DNA from: an uncultured Trueperaceae bacterium
GTDB lineage: Bacteria; Deinococcota; Deinococci; Deinococcales; Trueperaceae
NCBI GenBank assembly: GCA_963815215.1
Contig: CAWFFU010000003.1
Span: forward strand, 576,001 to 640,000
Direction: 5' to 3'
Length of the DNA: 64,000 bases
The notes beneath the pieces were generated by a model, which was not told the DNA's origin, searched no databases, and worked only from the letters and a program-made list of their open reading frames with translations. The position numbers were made by a program, and so were the translations under genes. Below are positions 1-10,580 of this stretch, piece by piece. Every line of letters begins with the position of its first letter. The first letter of the stretch is position 1.

Positions 1-1305
1 TTCGATCCCAATACGTTGGTGCTGTTCGCCGGCGACCTGCTCTCCCCTTCGGTGATGTCGAACGCCTTCCAGGGCAAGCAGATGGTCGAGGCGCTCAACC
101 GCCTTGGCGTCGACTACGCCACCCTCGGCAACCACGAGTTCGACTTCGGTGTGAACGTGTTGAAGCAACGCATCCAGGAGTCCAACTTCACCTGGCTGAG
201 CGCCAACATCCTCGACAGCTCGACAGGCAAGCCGATCGCGGGCACGCAACCCGATGCCGTGGTCGAGGTGAACGGCGTCAAGATCGGCCTGTTCGGCATC
301 GCCTACGACTTCTCCTCGATCCTCGCCAACGCGTCGGCGGTGACCTTCAAGGACCCCATCGCCACCGCCCAGGCGGAGGTGAAGAAGCTCCAGGGCGAGG
401 GCGCGAAGTACATCGTGGCGCTCACGCACGAGGCCAGGGCCCAGGATTGCGAGCTCTCGTCCAAGGTGTCGGGCATCGACCTCATCGTCGGCGGGCATGA
501 CCATGCCGCCATGATGGACACCCAGTGCGGTCACGCCCCGTTCGTCAAGGCGACCAGCGACTGGCGCAACGTGTGGGACGTCAACGTCGACTTCTCCGGA
601 ACGAGCCCCGTGACCAGCTACCGGAACATCCCGGTCAGCGATCTGACGCCCAAAGACCCGGGCATGCAGGCGTTCGTGCAGAACTACGCCAGCCAGCTCG
701 ACGCCAGCTTCGCCCAGGTGCTCGGCAAGTCCGTGGTCGCCCTGGACGCGGTCGAGAAGGATGTCCGCGCCAAGGAGACCAACCTCGGGGACTTCATCGC
801 CGACGCCACCCGCAGCGCCACCCGCGCCGACGTCGCCATCATGAACGGGGGCGGCATCCGTACCGACCGCATGTACCCCGCGGGGCCGGTCACCAAGAAG
901 GACGTCTACGGCATCTTGCCGTTCGGCAACAAAGTGGTCGCGGTGAAGGCCAAGGGCAGCGCCCTGGCCGCCGCGCTCGAGAACGGCGTGTCGCAGATGC
1001 AGGACCTGGCCGGGCGTTTCCCCCAGGTTTCGGGTGTGACGTTCACGGTCCGCCCCAACCAGCCCGTCGGCCAACGCGTCAGCGACATCATGGTGGGCGG
1101 CAAGCCGCTCGACCCCAACGCCACCTACGTCGTGGCCATCAACGACTACATGTTCGGCGGCGGTGACGGCTACACGATGTTCAAAGGTCTGCCGACGACC
1201 GTGTCGCCGGCCGAGGGGCCACTGCTGGCGGAGGTCGTGGCCAACGCGGTCGCGGCCGACGGCACCATCGCTCCCAAGACCGACGGGCGCATCACCATCC
1301 AGTAG
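1..1305 (+). CDS. Bifunctional metallophosphatase/5'-nucleotidase (UshA-like), 5'-truncated by the window edge
   Basis: Frame is open from base 1. Motifs AGDLLSPS, LGNHEFD, GGHDH and the C-terminal NGGGIR/PFGN/GGDGY nucleotidase domain. Confidence 0.9.
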   Translation, partial: FDPNTLVLFAGDLLSPSVMSNAFQGKQMVEALNRLGVDYATLGNHEFDFGVNVLKQRIQESNFTWLSANILDSSTGKPIAGTQPDAVVEVNGVKIGLFGIAYDFSSILANASAVTFKDPIATAQAEVKKLQGEGAKYIVALTHEARAQDCELSSKVSGIDLIVGGHDHAAMMDTQCGHAPFVKATSDWRNVWDVNVDFSGTSPVTSYRNIPVSDLTPKDPGMQAFVQNYASQLDASFAQVLGKSVVALDAVEKDVRAKETNLGDFIADATRSATRADVAIMNGGGIRTDRMYPAGPVTKKDVYGILPFGNKVVAVKAKGSALAAALENGVSQMQDLAGRFPQVSGVTFTVRPNQPVGQRVSDIMVGGKPLDPNATYVVAINDYMFGGGDGYTMFKGLPTTVSPAEGPLLAEVVANAVAADGTIAPKTDGRITIQ

Positions 1306-1326
1306 CGCCTACCCGGCCCGCGATCG

Positions 1327-1361
1327 GGAACGCCCCCGGCATGCGCTGCCGGGGGCGTTCC
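1327..1361. terminator. Probable bidirectional terminator hairpin
   Basis: Perfect 15-bp stem GGAACGCCCCCGGCA/TGCCGGGGGCGTTCC between two convergent genes; no strong U tract. Confidence 0.7.
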
Positions 1362-1384
1362 TCATGGCCTCGTCGGAGCGCCGC

Positions 1385-3340
1385 TCAGATGAGCCAGTAG
1401 CGTCCGTAAGGCGGGACGGACAGTGCGCCGCGAGAGACGTCGACGAAGGACTGTCCGAGCTGATCGAAGGGCTGGTGGAGGCTCCGATCGGCCAACACGG
1501 CGGCATCGAGCCACTGCGACGACTCGCTGAAGTTGTAGATCTCGATCAGCTCCCCCAGCGGGTGGGGGCGCGACAACACCAGCAGGTGGGCGTGGTCGAC
1601 ATCGAGCACCTCGGTAGCGTAGGCGGAGTTGAGCTGCGGCGTGTGGCTGCGGGCGCGCACGATCCGGCGCAACCCGTGGAAGATACGGCCCTCGGTACTG
1701 GCCTCGTCGTGACGCCGCTCCGCCTTCTCCCAGTCCATGAAGGGGCGATGCATCCAGCGGTTGTCGGCGGCGTGCTCGGCGTGGCTGGTGTAGCGGTAGT
1801 CGTTGGTCATGCCGATCTCGTCCCCCATGTAGATCAGCGGGATGCCCCCGAAGCCGCAGATGAGGGCGTGACCGAGCAGGATGCGTTCGATACTGAGCGC
1901 CACCAGGCGCTCGTCGGCGACCTCGACGGCGAGCTCCAGGCCGCCCAGGCTCGCCAGACTCCCGGAGATCCTGCGATCGCCCGTCTTGCGGTTGTGCTGG
2001 AACACCGCGCCGCGCGCGTGCGAGCCCGGGAACTGACCGGAGTAGTAATCCGACAGGAAGCTGCGGTGGCCCGCCCCCGACAGTCCCACCGCGGCCGCGT
2101 CCTCCTCCGTGACCGCCCAGCCGATGTCGTCGTGGCAACGGATGTACGTCCCCCACGCGATCGAGGCCGGCGTGCGCGGGAACTCCCGCAAGGTGTGCAC
2201 CATCAACCGCGTGTCGCGCGTCGCCAGCGACGACCAGAACTGCACCATGAGCGAGTTGTGGTAGGCGATGTTGCTCACCTTGCCGTGGTGCCGGCCGGTG
2301 CCGAAGTAGTGGATCAGGTCGTCGGGCGACACGATGGCCTCGGCCTTGTGGGCGACGGCGGGCGTGGCGATGCGTGAGCAGGCCCGCAACGCCTGCAGCA
2401 CGTCGTGCACCTCCGGCTGGTTCTGACAGTCGGTGCCCAGGCGCTTCCACAGGAAGGCGACCGCGTCCAGGCGGAACACCTCGACGCCCTTGTTGGCCAG
2501 GTAGAACATGATGTCGACGATCTCCAGGAAGACCTCCGGGTTGGTCCAGTTGAGGTCCCACTGGTAGTCGTTGAACGTCGTCCAGATCCACTTGCCGATG
2601 TCCGGGTCGAACGTGAAGTTGCCCGGCGCGAAGTCCGGGAACACCTCTGGCAGGGTCTTCTCGTACTCGTCGGGAACAGCCCGGTCGTCGAACATGAAGA
2701 AGTAGTCCTGGTAGCGCTCGTCCCCCTGCGCCGCCTGGCGTGCCCAGGCGTGGTCGTCGGCGCAGTGGTTGAGCACCAGGTCCACGCAGGCGCTGATCCT
2801 GCGCTCACGCAGCTGCCCGCACAGGTACTCGAGGTCGTCGATGGTCCCCAAGCGCGGGTCGACGTCACGGTAATCGCGGATGGCGTAGCCACCGTCGTTC
2901 TCGCCGTCGCGCGGACGCAACGTGTACATCAGGTGGACGTAGTTGACGCCGAGCTCCTCGAGGTAGTCGAGGTGGTCGAGCACTCCGCGCAGGTCCCCGG
3001 CGAAGCGTTCGACGTAGAACACATACCCGAGCATCGACTCGTGCTGGAACCAGTCGGGCGTGAGATCGCGCTCGATGTCGAGCACCTTGAGCGGCTCCGG
3101 CCGCTCCCGATAGTGGCGGGCCATGGCCGCGCCCAATCGCTGCAGGAAGGCCTCGAAATCGGGGCGCCGGCCGTAGACGGGCGATAGCCCGTCGTGGAGG
3201 TTCTGGAAGAAGCGCTCACAGCGGAGCCGGAAGAGCTGGCGGTCGCGCTCAGGGAGGGTTTCGAGTTCGGGGGCGGCAGCCGCCAGGGTGAGCTCCAAGC
3301 GGCGTCGGACCTCCGGGGCGAGGAGGGCGGCGTTGTGCAC
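1385..3340 (-). CDS. Amylosucrase (GH13 subfamily 4)
   Basis: 651 aa. DGGYA, QWDLNW, RLDAVAFLWK (nucleophile Asp), KAEAIV (acid/base Glu), YIRCHDDIGW and RRISGSLASL. Confidence 0.88.
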   Translation of the reverse strand: MHNAALLAPEVRRRLELTLAAAAPELETLPERDRQLFRLRCERFFQNLHDGLSPVYGRRPDFEAFLQRLGAAMARHYRERPEPLKVLDIERDLTPDWFQHESMLGYVFYVERFAGDLRGVLDHLDYLEELGVNYVHLMYTLRPRDGENDGGYAIRDYRDVDPRLGTIDDLEYLCGQLRERRISACVDLVLNHCADDHAWARQAAQGDERYQDYFFMFDDRAVPDEYEKTLPEVFPDFAPGNFTFDPDIGKWIWTTFNDYQWDLNWTNPEVFLEIVDIMFYLANKGVEVFRLDAVAFLWKRLGTDCQNQPEVHDVLQALRACSRIATPAVAHKAEAIVSPDDLIHYFGTGRHHGKVSNIAYHNSLMVQFWSSLATRDTRLMVHTLREFPRTPASIAWGTYIRCHDDIGWAVTEEDAAAVGLSGAGHRSFLSDYYSGQFPGSHARGAVFQHNRKTGDRRISGSLASLGGLELAVEVADERLVALSIERILLGHALICGFGGIPLIYMGDEIGMTNDYRYTSHAEHAADNRWMHRPFMDWEKAERRHDEASTEGRIFHGLRRIVRARSHTPQLNSAYATEVLDVDHAHLLVLSRPHPLGELIEIYNFSESSQWLDAAVLADRSLHQPFDQLGQSFVDVSRGALSVPPYGRYWLI

Positions 3341-3427
3341 GCCCCCGTTATACCAGCGTCCCCGACAGCCACGGCGCCCGTGCGAACGTCCGCGGGCGGA
3401 CGGCGGGGCCGCCCGGCCGGGACCTCA

Positions 3428-4588
3428 TCAGGATCGGCTCGCCGCTGTCCGCGCCGCCAGCTCGCGAGCCCGAAGCACACGCGCCCGCGCCTGCTCCAGG
3501 CTGTCGGCGGTAGCGGTGAGGTGGCCCATCTTGCGGCCGGCACGCGCGCCGTCCTTGCCGTAGAGGTGGAGGGCCACGCCCGGCACGGACAGTGCGGCCG
3601 TCCAGTCCGGCTCGCGACCCGACCACACCTCACCCAGCAGGTTGGCCATCGCCGCGGCTCGGCGCACGGCGACGGAGCCCAGCGGCAGACCGGTCACGGC
3701 ACGGAGTTGCTGCTCGAACTGACTCGTCTCCGCGCCCTCGATGGTCAGGTGGCCGGAGTTGTGGGGCCGGGGGGCGATCTCGTTGACCGACAGGCGACCG
3801 CCCGGCTCCAGGAAGAACTCGACGCAGGCGACGCCGACGAGGTCGAGCCCCTCCAGAACGGCGACGGTGATCTCGCGTGCGAGCGCGGCGACCGCGTCGG
3901 GAACCGGGGCGGGCGCACTGCTCAGGTCGAGGATGTGCCGCTCGTGCAGGTTGAGCGCCGGCGCGTAGGCGGCCACGGCGCCGTCGAGCCCGCGCGCGGC
4001 CACCACCGAGAGCTCCGCCTCGAGCTCGACGAAACGCTCGACCACCACCGCCTGGTGTGCGGCCAGGGCCCGCGCCGACGCGCGCCCGCCGCCCGCCTCC
4101 ACCCGCACCTGCCCCTTGCCGTCGTATCCGAATCCCGCGGTCTTCACCACGCACGGCGTCCCCACCGCTGCGATGGCGGCGTCCACATCGCCGCCGGCGG
4201 CAACCTCGACGAACGGCACGTGCGGCACCCCGAGCTCCGCCAGGAAGCGCTTCTCGCGCGCGCGATCCTGGCTGATGTGGAGCGCGACGACACCGGGACG
4301 AACCGGCGCGCGCGACGCTGCGGCCTCGAGCGAGGCGCTCGGGATGTTCTCGAACTCGAGCGTGACGACGTCCACCTCGGACGCGAAACGCGCCACGGCA
4401 TCGACATCATCGTAGTGCGCGACCACCTCGCGCTCGGCGAGCTGTCCGGTGGGCGAGCCGGCCGTGGGCGACAACACATGCACGCGGTAGCCCATCCGGC
4501 GCGCGGCCATCGTGAACATCCTCCCGAGCTGCCCGCTGCCGAGCATGCCGATCGTGGCTCCCGGCAACAGCGGTGTAGGCCGCGTCAC
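3428..4588 (-). CDS. purK: N5-carboxyaminoimidazole ribonucleotide synthase
   Basis: [38 protein letters not shown]; overlaps purE. Confidence 0.96.
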   Translation of the reverse strand: MTRPTPLLPGATIGMLGSGQLGRMFTMAARRMGYRVHVLSPTAGSPTGQLAEREVVAHYDDVDAVARFASEVDVVTLEFENIPSASLEAAASRAPVRPGVVALHISQDRAREKRFLAELGVPHVPFVEVAAGGDVDAAIAAVGTPCVVKTAGFGYDGKGQVRVEAGGGRASARALAAHQAVVVERFVELEAELSVVAARGLDGAVAAYAPALNLHERHILDLSSAPAPVPDAVAALAREITVAVLEGLDLVGVACVEFFLEPGGRLSVNEIAPRPHNSGHLTIEGAETSQFEQQLRAVTGLPLGSVAVRRAAAMANLLGEVWSGREPDWTAALSVPGVALHLYGKDGARAGRKMGHLTATADSLEQARARVLRARELAARTAASRS

Positions 4589-5118
4589 TCGGGGAGGTAG
4601 TGGTCGGTCGGGAGGCGACTCGCCTCGGCCTGGGCCATCTGCGCGTCTCGGTACGCGTCGAGCCGGCGCGCCAGCTCCGGTCGCGCGAGCGCCAGGATGG
4701 ACACCGCCATCAACGCTGCGTTGGCCGCCCCGGACGCTCCGATGGCCAGCGTGCCCACCGGCACGCCGCGCGGCATCTGTACGATCGACAACAACGAGTC
4801 GAGGCCGTTGAGCGCGCGGCTCTCCACCGGCACGCCCAGCACCGGCAGCCGGGTCTGCGCCGCCACCATGCCGGGGAGGTGGGCGGCGCCACCGGCGCCG
4901 GCGATGATCACCTCGAAGCCGCGGTCGGCTGCGTCACGCGCGAAGGTGCGCATGCGCTCAGGGGTGCGGTGCGCCGACACCACCAGGCAGGCGTGGGGCA
5001 CCTCGAGCTCGTCGAGCAGGGCGTCGGCGTGCCGCATGGTGTCCCAATCGCTGACGCTGCCCATGATGACCGCGACCAGCGCTGTGTCGGCCCGCCGGGC
5101 CTCGTGGCGATCGCTCAT
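4585..5118 (-). CDS. purE: N5-CAIR mutase
   Basis: [35 protein letters not shown]. Confidence 0.97.
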   Translation of the reverse strand: MSDRHEARRADTALVAVIMGSVSDWDTMRHADALLDELEVPHACLVVSAHRTPERMRTFARDAADRGFEVIIAGAGGAAHLPGMVAAQTRLPVLGVPVESRALNGLDSLLSIVQMPRGVPVGTLAIGASGAANAALMAVSILALARPELARRLDAYRDAQMAQAEASRLPTDHYLPE

Positions 5119-6173
5119 GCTCCGTCCTCCCGTTCACGGCTCCCGCCGGCCGCGTCGACGGCGCTCGTGGCGCGCCGAAGCCGGTCGCGCACGGCGAGCC
5201 AGTCGTCCCCCTCGGGGACAGCTTCGATCAGGATGCGGCGCCAGCCGCCGGCATCGAGGTGGCGGAGAGCGGCGTACAATCCGCGGCCGAAGTCCTCCGG
5301 TTCGTCGGGCAGCTCCAGCCACGTCCCGCTCGGACCTCCCGGCCTGGGCCGGCGGGCCAGCACCCCGACGCCCCCTCCCAGCTCCGCCAGGCGCTCCTCC
5401 AGGGCGGCGCCCGGCACGAGCTCGGCGGGCGTGGAGGGGGCGTAGTGTCGCGGCAACCCGCCCGGAGCGCGGGGCGCCCCGCTCGTCGGCGACGGCCCCG
5501 CCCCCCCGGCCGGCCGCGCCTCGCGCTCGAGCAGGTGCTCGGCCAGCGCCACCCGCTCGCCCAAGGCCTCCTCCAACGCGCGGCGGTGCACCCCTCCAGG
5601 CCGCAGGATGCGAGGGGCGCCCCCACTGAGGTCAACGATGGTCGACTCCAGTCCCACCCGGCACGCACCCCCGTCCAGGACGAGCACGTCCAGGTCGGCG
5701 AACTCGTCGACGACGTGCCCCGCGGTGGTCGGGCTGATGCGCCCGAAGCGGTTCGCCGACGGTGCCGCCACCCCGCCGGCGAAGGCCTGCAACAGGCGCA
5801 ACGCGAGCGGATGGTCGGGCACCCGCAGTCCCACCGTGTCCTGACCCCCCGTCACCTCGTCGGGTACGTCGGCCGCCCGCGACAGCACCAGCGTCAGCGG
5901 GCCCGGCCAGAAGGTCTCGGCCAGGCGCCAGGCGGCATCGGGGACCTCGCGCGCCCACGTCGTGAGAGCAAGTGCGGAGGGTAGATGGACGATGACCGGG
6001 TGCTCGGGCGGCCTCCCCTTCGCGGCGTAGAGGCGGGCCAGCGCCCTAGGATCGCGGGCGGACGCTCCCAGGCCGTAGACCGTCTCGGTGGGGAACGCCA
6101 CCAGACCTCCACGACGCAGCGCCTCCGCTGCTTGCGTCACGTCCTGCTCCGAAGTGGAGAGCAACCGGCTCAT
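5115..6173 (-). CDS. tsaC: L-threonylcarbamoyladenylate synthase (Sua5 type)
   Basis: [29 protein letters not shown], plus a C-terminal SUA5 domain (APG..HYAP). Confidence 0.93.
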   Translation of the reverse strand: MSRLLSTSEQDVTQAAEALRRGGLVAFPTETVYGLGASARDPRALARLYAAKGRPPEHPVIVHLPSALALTTWAREVPDAAWRLAETFWPGPLTLVLSRAADVPDEVTGGQDTVGLRVPDHPLALRLLQAFAGGVAAPSANRFGRISPTTAGHVVDEFADLDVLVLDGGACRVGLESTIVDLSGGAPRILRPGGVHRRALEEALGERVALAEHLLEREARPAGGAGPSPTSGAPRAPGGLPRHYAPSTPAELVPGAALEERLAELGGGVGVLARRPRPGGPSGTWLELPDEPEDFGRGLYAALRHLDAGGWRRILIEAVPEGDDWLAVRDRLRRATSAVDAAGGSREREDGA

Positions 6174-6204
6174 GCCGGCCAAAGCATACCCGAGGGCGAG
6201 CCGC

Positions 6205-7470
6205 TCATCCGATCAGGACCACCCTCAGGTCGTTGACGTTGGTGCGGGTCGGACCGGTGACGAACAGGGCGCCGAGGTCCCGCAACACCGTGTAGCTGTC
6301 GTTGCGCCGCAGGGCGTCGCGCGCGTCCCGCCGCTGCAGGCGCCCCCGCTGCTCCGGCCCCAACAGGGCGCCGGCGTTGTCCTCGCTGCCGTCGATGCCG
6401 TCGCTGTCGGCGGCGAGCCACCACACCGGGGCGGCGTCGGGGAGCTCCAGGGCCAGCGCCAGCGCGAACTCGCCGTTGCGTCCACCCCGGCCCTCGCCGA
6501 CCACCGTGACCGTCGTCTCGCCACCCGAGAGCAGCGCGCACGGCCGCTCGAACGGCTGTCCGTGCGCCAGGACCTGGCGTACCAACGCGGCGTGCACGCC
6601 CGCCACCACGCGCGCCTCGCCCGTCACTGAGCCGGAGAGCACGTGCGCGTCCCAGCCGCGGCGCTGAAGCGCTCGAGCCGCGGCGTCCAGCGCGGTCTGA
6701 GCCGAGGCGATCACCACGTTCGCCACGCCCTCCAGACGCGGGTCGCCCGCGTCCGGGGTCTCCTCGCGCTCACCCCGCGCGCCGGCCTCCAGGAGCGATC
6801 GGGCGGCGGAATGGTCGATGTGGTAGCGCTCCAGCACTTCCAACGCGTCCGCGAAACGGCTCCCGTCCGCCGCCGTGGGCCCGCTGGCGATGACGGACGG
6901 GTCGTCGCCCACCACGTCGGACACGAGCAACGCCAGGACCGGCGCGGGTGCGGCGGCCAGCGCCAGGCGCCCCCCCTTGACGCGCGACAGATGCTTGCGA
7001 ACGGCGTTCATCTCTCCGATGTCCGCGCCCGAGCGCAGCAACGCCTGCGTGAGCCGCGCCAACTCGGGCAGGCTGAGGCCGTCGGGCGCACTCAGCAACG
7101 CCGAGCCGCCGCCCGAGATCAGACACAGCACACGGTCGTCCTCGCCGGCGCTCTCGACCAGCCGCAGGATACGCTCGGTCGCCACCACGCCTGCCTCGTC
7201 AGGCACAGGGTGCGCCGCTTCGACGACCTCGATCCGGCGCGTGGGCAGGGCATGGCCGTAGCGTGTGACGACGATCCCCTCGAGGGTAGCGTCGGGAGGG
7301 TAGTGGTCCTCGACCGCCCGCGCCATCGCCGCCGCCGCCTTGCCCGCGCCGACCACCAGCAGGCGCCCGCGCGGCGGCTCGGCGAGGTGGGCCACCACCG
7401 CAACCGCCGGGTCCGCCGCTCGGACGCCCGCCTCGAACGCGGCCCTCAGATCGTCGGCGGGCGATCTCAC
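6205..7470 (-). CDS. Glycerate 2-kinase (MOFRL/TtuD family)
   Basis: GAGKAA, ISGGGSAL, KHLSRVKGG, SDVVGDD, GGETTV, GGRN, TGPTRTNVND. Confidence 0.92.
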   Translation of the reverse strand: MRSPADDLRAAFEAGVRAADPAVAVVAHLAEPPRGRLLVVGAGKAAAAMARAVEDHYPPDATLEGIVVTRYGHALPTRRIEVVEAAHPVPDEAGVVATERILRLVESAGEDDRVLCLISGGGSALLSAPDGLSLPELARLTQALLRSGADIGEMNAVRKHLSRVKGGRLALAAAPAPVLALLVSDVVGDDPSVIASGPTAADGSRFADALEVLERYHIDHSAARSLLEAGARGEREETPDAGDPRLEGVANVVIASAQTALDAAARALQRRGWDAHVLSGSVTGEARVVAGVHAALVRQVLAHGQPFERPCALLSGGETTVTVVGEGRGGRNGEFALALALELPDAAPVWWLAADSDGIDGSEDNAGALLGPEQRGRLQRRDARDALRRNDSYTVLRDLGALFVTGPTRTNVNDLRVVLIG

Positions 7471-7553
7471 GTCGTCACCGCACGCGCCGCCTTCGCGACC
7501 GAGCGCGTTGCTTCCTGGCCAGTTGCCGTCTCGTTCTCCCGAAGAAGCTCCAT
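7467..7553 (-). CDS. Possible 28-aa upstream ORF coupled to glycerate kinase
   Basis: MELLRENETATGQEATRSVAKAARAVTT*. Preceded by TATTCT/TAGCCT -10-like hexamers; its TGA overlaps the kinase GTG (GTGA). Confidence 0.3.
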   Translation of the reverse strand: MELLRENETATGQEATRSVAKAARAVTT

Positions 7554-7573
7554 GGTGAGGCTAGAATACAGAC

Positions 7574-7858
7574 ATGTTCGGACTGTTCCGCCGCCAGGAT
7601 CCGCGTTTTCGGGACGACGGCAACTTCCTCCTGACCCAGGTGCGCACCGCCAGGCACGGCGAGGTCATCCATGTGCGGCTCTCCAAGACCAGCGAGATGA
7701 GCCTGCAGGGCAACGGCTACTTCGTGCGCAAGGTACTGGTGGGGCCCGACTCCCTCGACCAGGCGGTGCTCGAGGTCACCACCAATCGTGCCCACAAGGT
7801 GACCCTGGCCGTCGTCGACGGCGGCGACCTGGTGCCCGCTCGGCAGTGGGAGGCGTGA
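7574..7858 (+). CDS. Conserved hypothetical protein, 94 aa
   Basis: Coding-like codon usage; TAGAAT-N6-ATG leaderless promoter. Confidence 0.75.
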   Translation: MFGLFRRQDPRFRDDGNFLLTQVRTARHGEVIHVRLSKTSEMSLQGNGYFVRKVLVGPDSLDQAVLEVTTNRAHKVTLAVVDGGDLVPARQWEA

Positions 7859-7871
7859 GCGCAGCAGCCGG

Positions 7872-8255
7872 CTACTGAGCGCTGAGCAAGTCCGGGCGCA
7901 ACCGTCGTGCCTCGCGCAGGTAGATGTGCCGCATCTCGCCCTGGGCCTTACGGGTATTGAGTTGCAGCATGACGCGGACACAGCGCGGCAGGCGGTCGGG
8001 CACTGGGATCTCCTGGTTACACAGCAGCGGCACCAACGTCATGCCGAGCTCGCGCGCGGCTTCGGCCGGGAAGGTCGACCGCAGGTCCTGCGTCGTCGTG
8101 AAGAAGATCGCGGCGATGGCGTCGAAGTCTTCGATGCCGTTCTCCTCCAGCATCACCTGGAGGAGCTCGCGGGTGGCCTCGAGGATGCGCTCGGGATCGT
8201 CGGCGGTCACGGTGGTGGCACCCCGGATCCCTCTCACCCAGTACGGTCGCTCCAT
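7872..8255 (-). CDS. aroH: Chorismate mutase, AroH class
   Basis: VRGIRGATTV, FTTTQDL..FPA, HIYLREARRLRPDL. Start moved to ATG 8255 (TAGACT-N7-ATG). Confidence 0.95.
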   Translation of the reverse strand: MERPYWVRGIRGATTVTADDPERILEATRELLQVMLEENGIEDFDAIAAIFFTTTQDLRSTFPAEAARELGMTLVPLLCNQEIPVPDRLPRCVRVMLQLNTRKAQGEMRHIYLREARRLRPDLLSAQ

Positions 8256-8339
8256 GGGGCGAAGTCTACCAGACGGGCCGGTCGCGCCCCACGTCCGTAC
8301 AACGGGGGCGGCCATCCCCGAGGCTGCTAGGTTGACGCC

Positions 8340-9533
8340 ATGAGCGCCAACGCGCATGCCGCCGAGCCGCTGTGGTTCGAGTTGACCTCCGACCAACGTG
8401 CCTTGCTGGGCCCTCTGCGTGACTACCTCCGCTCCGAGGTGGCACCCGGAGCCATCGAGCGCGACCGCAGCGGGGCCTTCCCGCACGACATCGTTCGCAC
8501 CCTTGGAGGCATGGGGGTGTTCGGCCTCCAGGTACCCGAGCGCTACGGCGGGGCGGCGCTCGACACCGCGACCGCGGCCCTCATCATCGAGGAGATCGGC
8601 GCGGTCGACGGCTCGCTGTGCCTCACCGTCGCCTCGCACAACTCGTTATGCACGGGCCACCTGCTGCAGGCGGCCGACGACGCCCAGAAGGAGCGCCACC
8701 TGCCGGCTCTGGCGCGCGCCGAGCGTCTCGGCGCCTGGTGCCTGACGGAGCCCGCCTCGGGATCGGACGCCGCCGCTCTGAGAACGCGCGCCGTGCAAGA
8801 CGCGGACAGCTACCTCATCGACGGGTCCAAGGTGTTCATCACGCAGGGCACGGTGGCGGGCACCTACGTGGTGATCGCCCGCACCGACCCACCCCGCGAC
8901 GGCCACTCCAAGGCGGACGGCATCAGCGCCTTCGTCGTCGACGGAGACACGCCCGGACTGATCCGGGGCGTCCCCGAGGAGAAGCTCGGGTTGCACAGCT
9001 CCGACACCACGCCCCTGACCTTCGAAGGGATGCGCGTGCCGGCCGAGAACCTGCTCGGCGCACGCGGTCGTGGCTTCGAGGACGTGAAGGCGGTGCTCGA
9101 CGGCGGGCGCATCGGCATCGGCGCGATGGGGATCGGGCTGGGCCGCGCCGCCCTGGAGATCGCCGCCCGCTACGCCCTGGAGCGCGAGCAGTTCGGCCGG
9201 CCCATCGCCCGCAACCAGGCGATCGCCTTCAAGCTGGCCGAGATGGCGACCGAGCTGGAGGCGGCTCGGCTGTTGGTGATGAAGGCGGCCGCCTTGCGCG
9301 ATGCCGGGCGCGACCACACCCTGGCGGCGTCGATGGCCAAGCTCAAGGGCAGCGTGGCCGGGGTGGCCGCCTGCGACGCCGCCATCCAGATCCTGGGCGG
9401 CTACGGCTACGTGCGCGATTACCAGGTGGAACGGCTGTGGCGCGACGCCCGACTCACGCGCATCGGTGAGGGCACCGACGAGATCCAGCACCTGGTCATC
9501 GCGCGCCAGGTGCTGCAGGCCTTCGCGGCCTGA
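8340..9533 (+). CDS. Acyl-CoA dehydrogenase
   Basis: CLTEPASGSDA, GSKVFITQG, EKLG, REQFGRPI, QILGGYGY, IGEGTDEIQ. Confidence 0.95.
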   Translation: MSANAHAAEPLWFELTSDQRALLGPLRDYLRSEVAPGAIERDRSGAFPHDIVRTLGGMGVFGLQVPERYGGAALDTATAALIIEEIGAVDGSLCLTVASHNSLCTGHLLQAADDAQKERHLPALARAERLGAWCLTEPASGSDAAALRTRAVQDADSYLIDGSKVFITQGTVAGTYVVIARTDPPRDGHSKADGISAFVVDGDTPGLIRGVPEEKLGLHSSDTTPLTFEGMRVPAENLLGARGRGFEDVKAVLDGGRIGIGAMGIGLGRAALEIAARYALEREQFGRPIARNQAIAFKLAEMATELEAARLLVMKAAALRDAGRDHTLAASMAKLKGSVAGVAACDAAIQILGGYGYVRDYQVERLWRDARLTRIGEGTDEIQHLVIARQVLQAFAA

Positions 9534-9551
9534 GTCGACGCCCGCTCCGCC

Positions 9552-10580
9552 TCAGGCCGCCGCGCCGACCGCTCGCCGGCGGCCGTCGAGTACATCGTCA
9601 GGCAGCCACGCCAACGCTTCCAGCACCAGCTCGGGCCCGACCCCGGGCCGGAGCGCACCCTCGGTGAGGTGTCGGCGCCAGCGACGGCCCCCCGGCAGCC
9701 CGCGGAACAGCGACAGCAGGTGCCGGGTGAGCGCGTGGAGCGGCGCGCCCTCAGCGAGGCGCTCCTCGACGTAGGGCAGCATGCGCAGGACGATCTGGCG
9801 GCCCGTGGGGGCGCTGATGCCACCGGGTCGCGACGCATAGAACGACCTGTCCGCCTCGGCCAGCAGCAGCGGGTCGTCGTACACGGCCCGTCCCAGCATC
9901 ACCCCGTCCACCTGCTCCAAGTGGACGGCGGCCGCTTCCAGATCGGCAACGCCTCCGTTGAGCTCGACCAGCGCCCGCGGAACCGCGCGCTTGAGGCGGT
10001 AGACATCCTGGTACCGCAGCGGGGGGACTTCCCGGTTCTCCTTGGGACTCAGGCCCGACAGCCAGGCCTTGCGCGCGTGCACCGTGAAGGCATCGGCACC
10101 GGCGGGAAGCACGGTCCGGACGAACGCTTCGAGGTCCTCGTAGCGGTCCATCGCATCGACGCCGATGCGATGTTTGACCGTCACCGGCAGCTCGATCGCC
10201 GCGCGCATCGCCGCCACCGCCCGCGCCACCACGTCGGGCGTCGCCATCAAGCAGGCGCCGAAGTTCGCAGACGCCACCCGAGGGCTGGGACAGCCGACGT
10301 TGAGGTTCACCTCGTCGTAGCCCAGGTCCTGTGCGATGCGCGCCGCCTCGGCCAGCTCGGTGGCGTCGTCGCCGCCGAGCTGGAGCGCCAGCGGGCGCTC
10401 GTCGCGGTGGTAGCCCAGAAGGCGCGCCCGGTCGCCGTGGAGCACCGCCTTTGCCGTGACCATCTCGCTGTACAGCAGGGTGTGTCGGGTGATCCCGCGC
10501 AGCAGGTAGCGGAAGTGGCGGTCGGTCCTGTCCATCATGGGGGCGACCGACAGGGGTCGGGCGAACGTCCGGCGGCTCAA
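9552..10580 (-). CDS. dusA: tRNA-dihydrouridine(20/20a) synthase
   Basis: [48 protein letters not shown]. Likely TTG start overlapping the ispH stop. Confidence 0.93.
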   Translation of the reverse strand: MSRRTFARPLSVAPMMDRTDRHFRYLLRGITRHTLLYSEMVTAKAVLHGDRARLLGYHRDERPLALQLGGDDATELAEAARIAQDLGYDEVNLNVGCPSPRVASANFGACLMATPDVVARAVAAMRAAIELPVTVKHRIGVDAMDRYEDLEAFVRTVLPAGADAFTVHARKAWLSGLSPKENREVPPLRYQDVYRLKRAVPRALVELNGGVADLEAAAVHLEQVDGVMLGRAVYDDPLLLAEADRSFYASRPGGISAPTGRQIVLRMLPYVEERLAEGAPLHALTRHLLSLFRGLPGGRRWRRHLTEGALRPGVGPELVLEALAWLPDDVLDGRRRAVGAAA

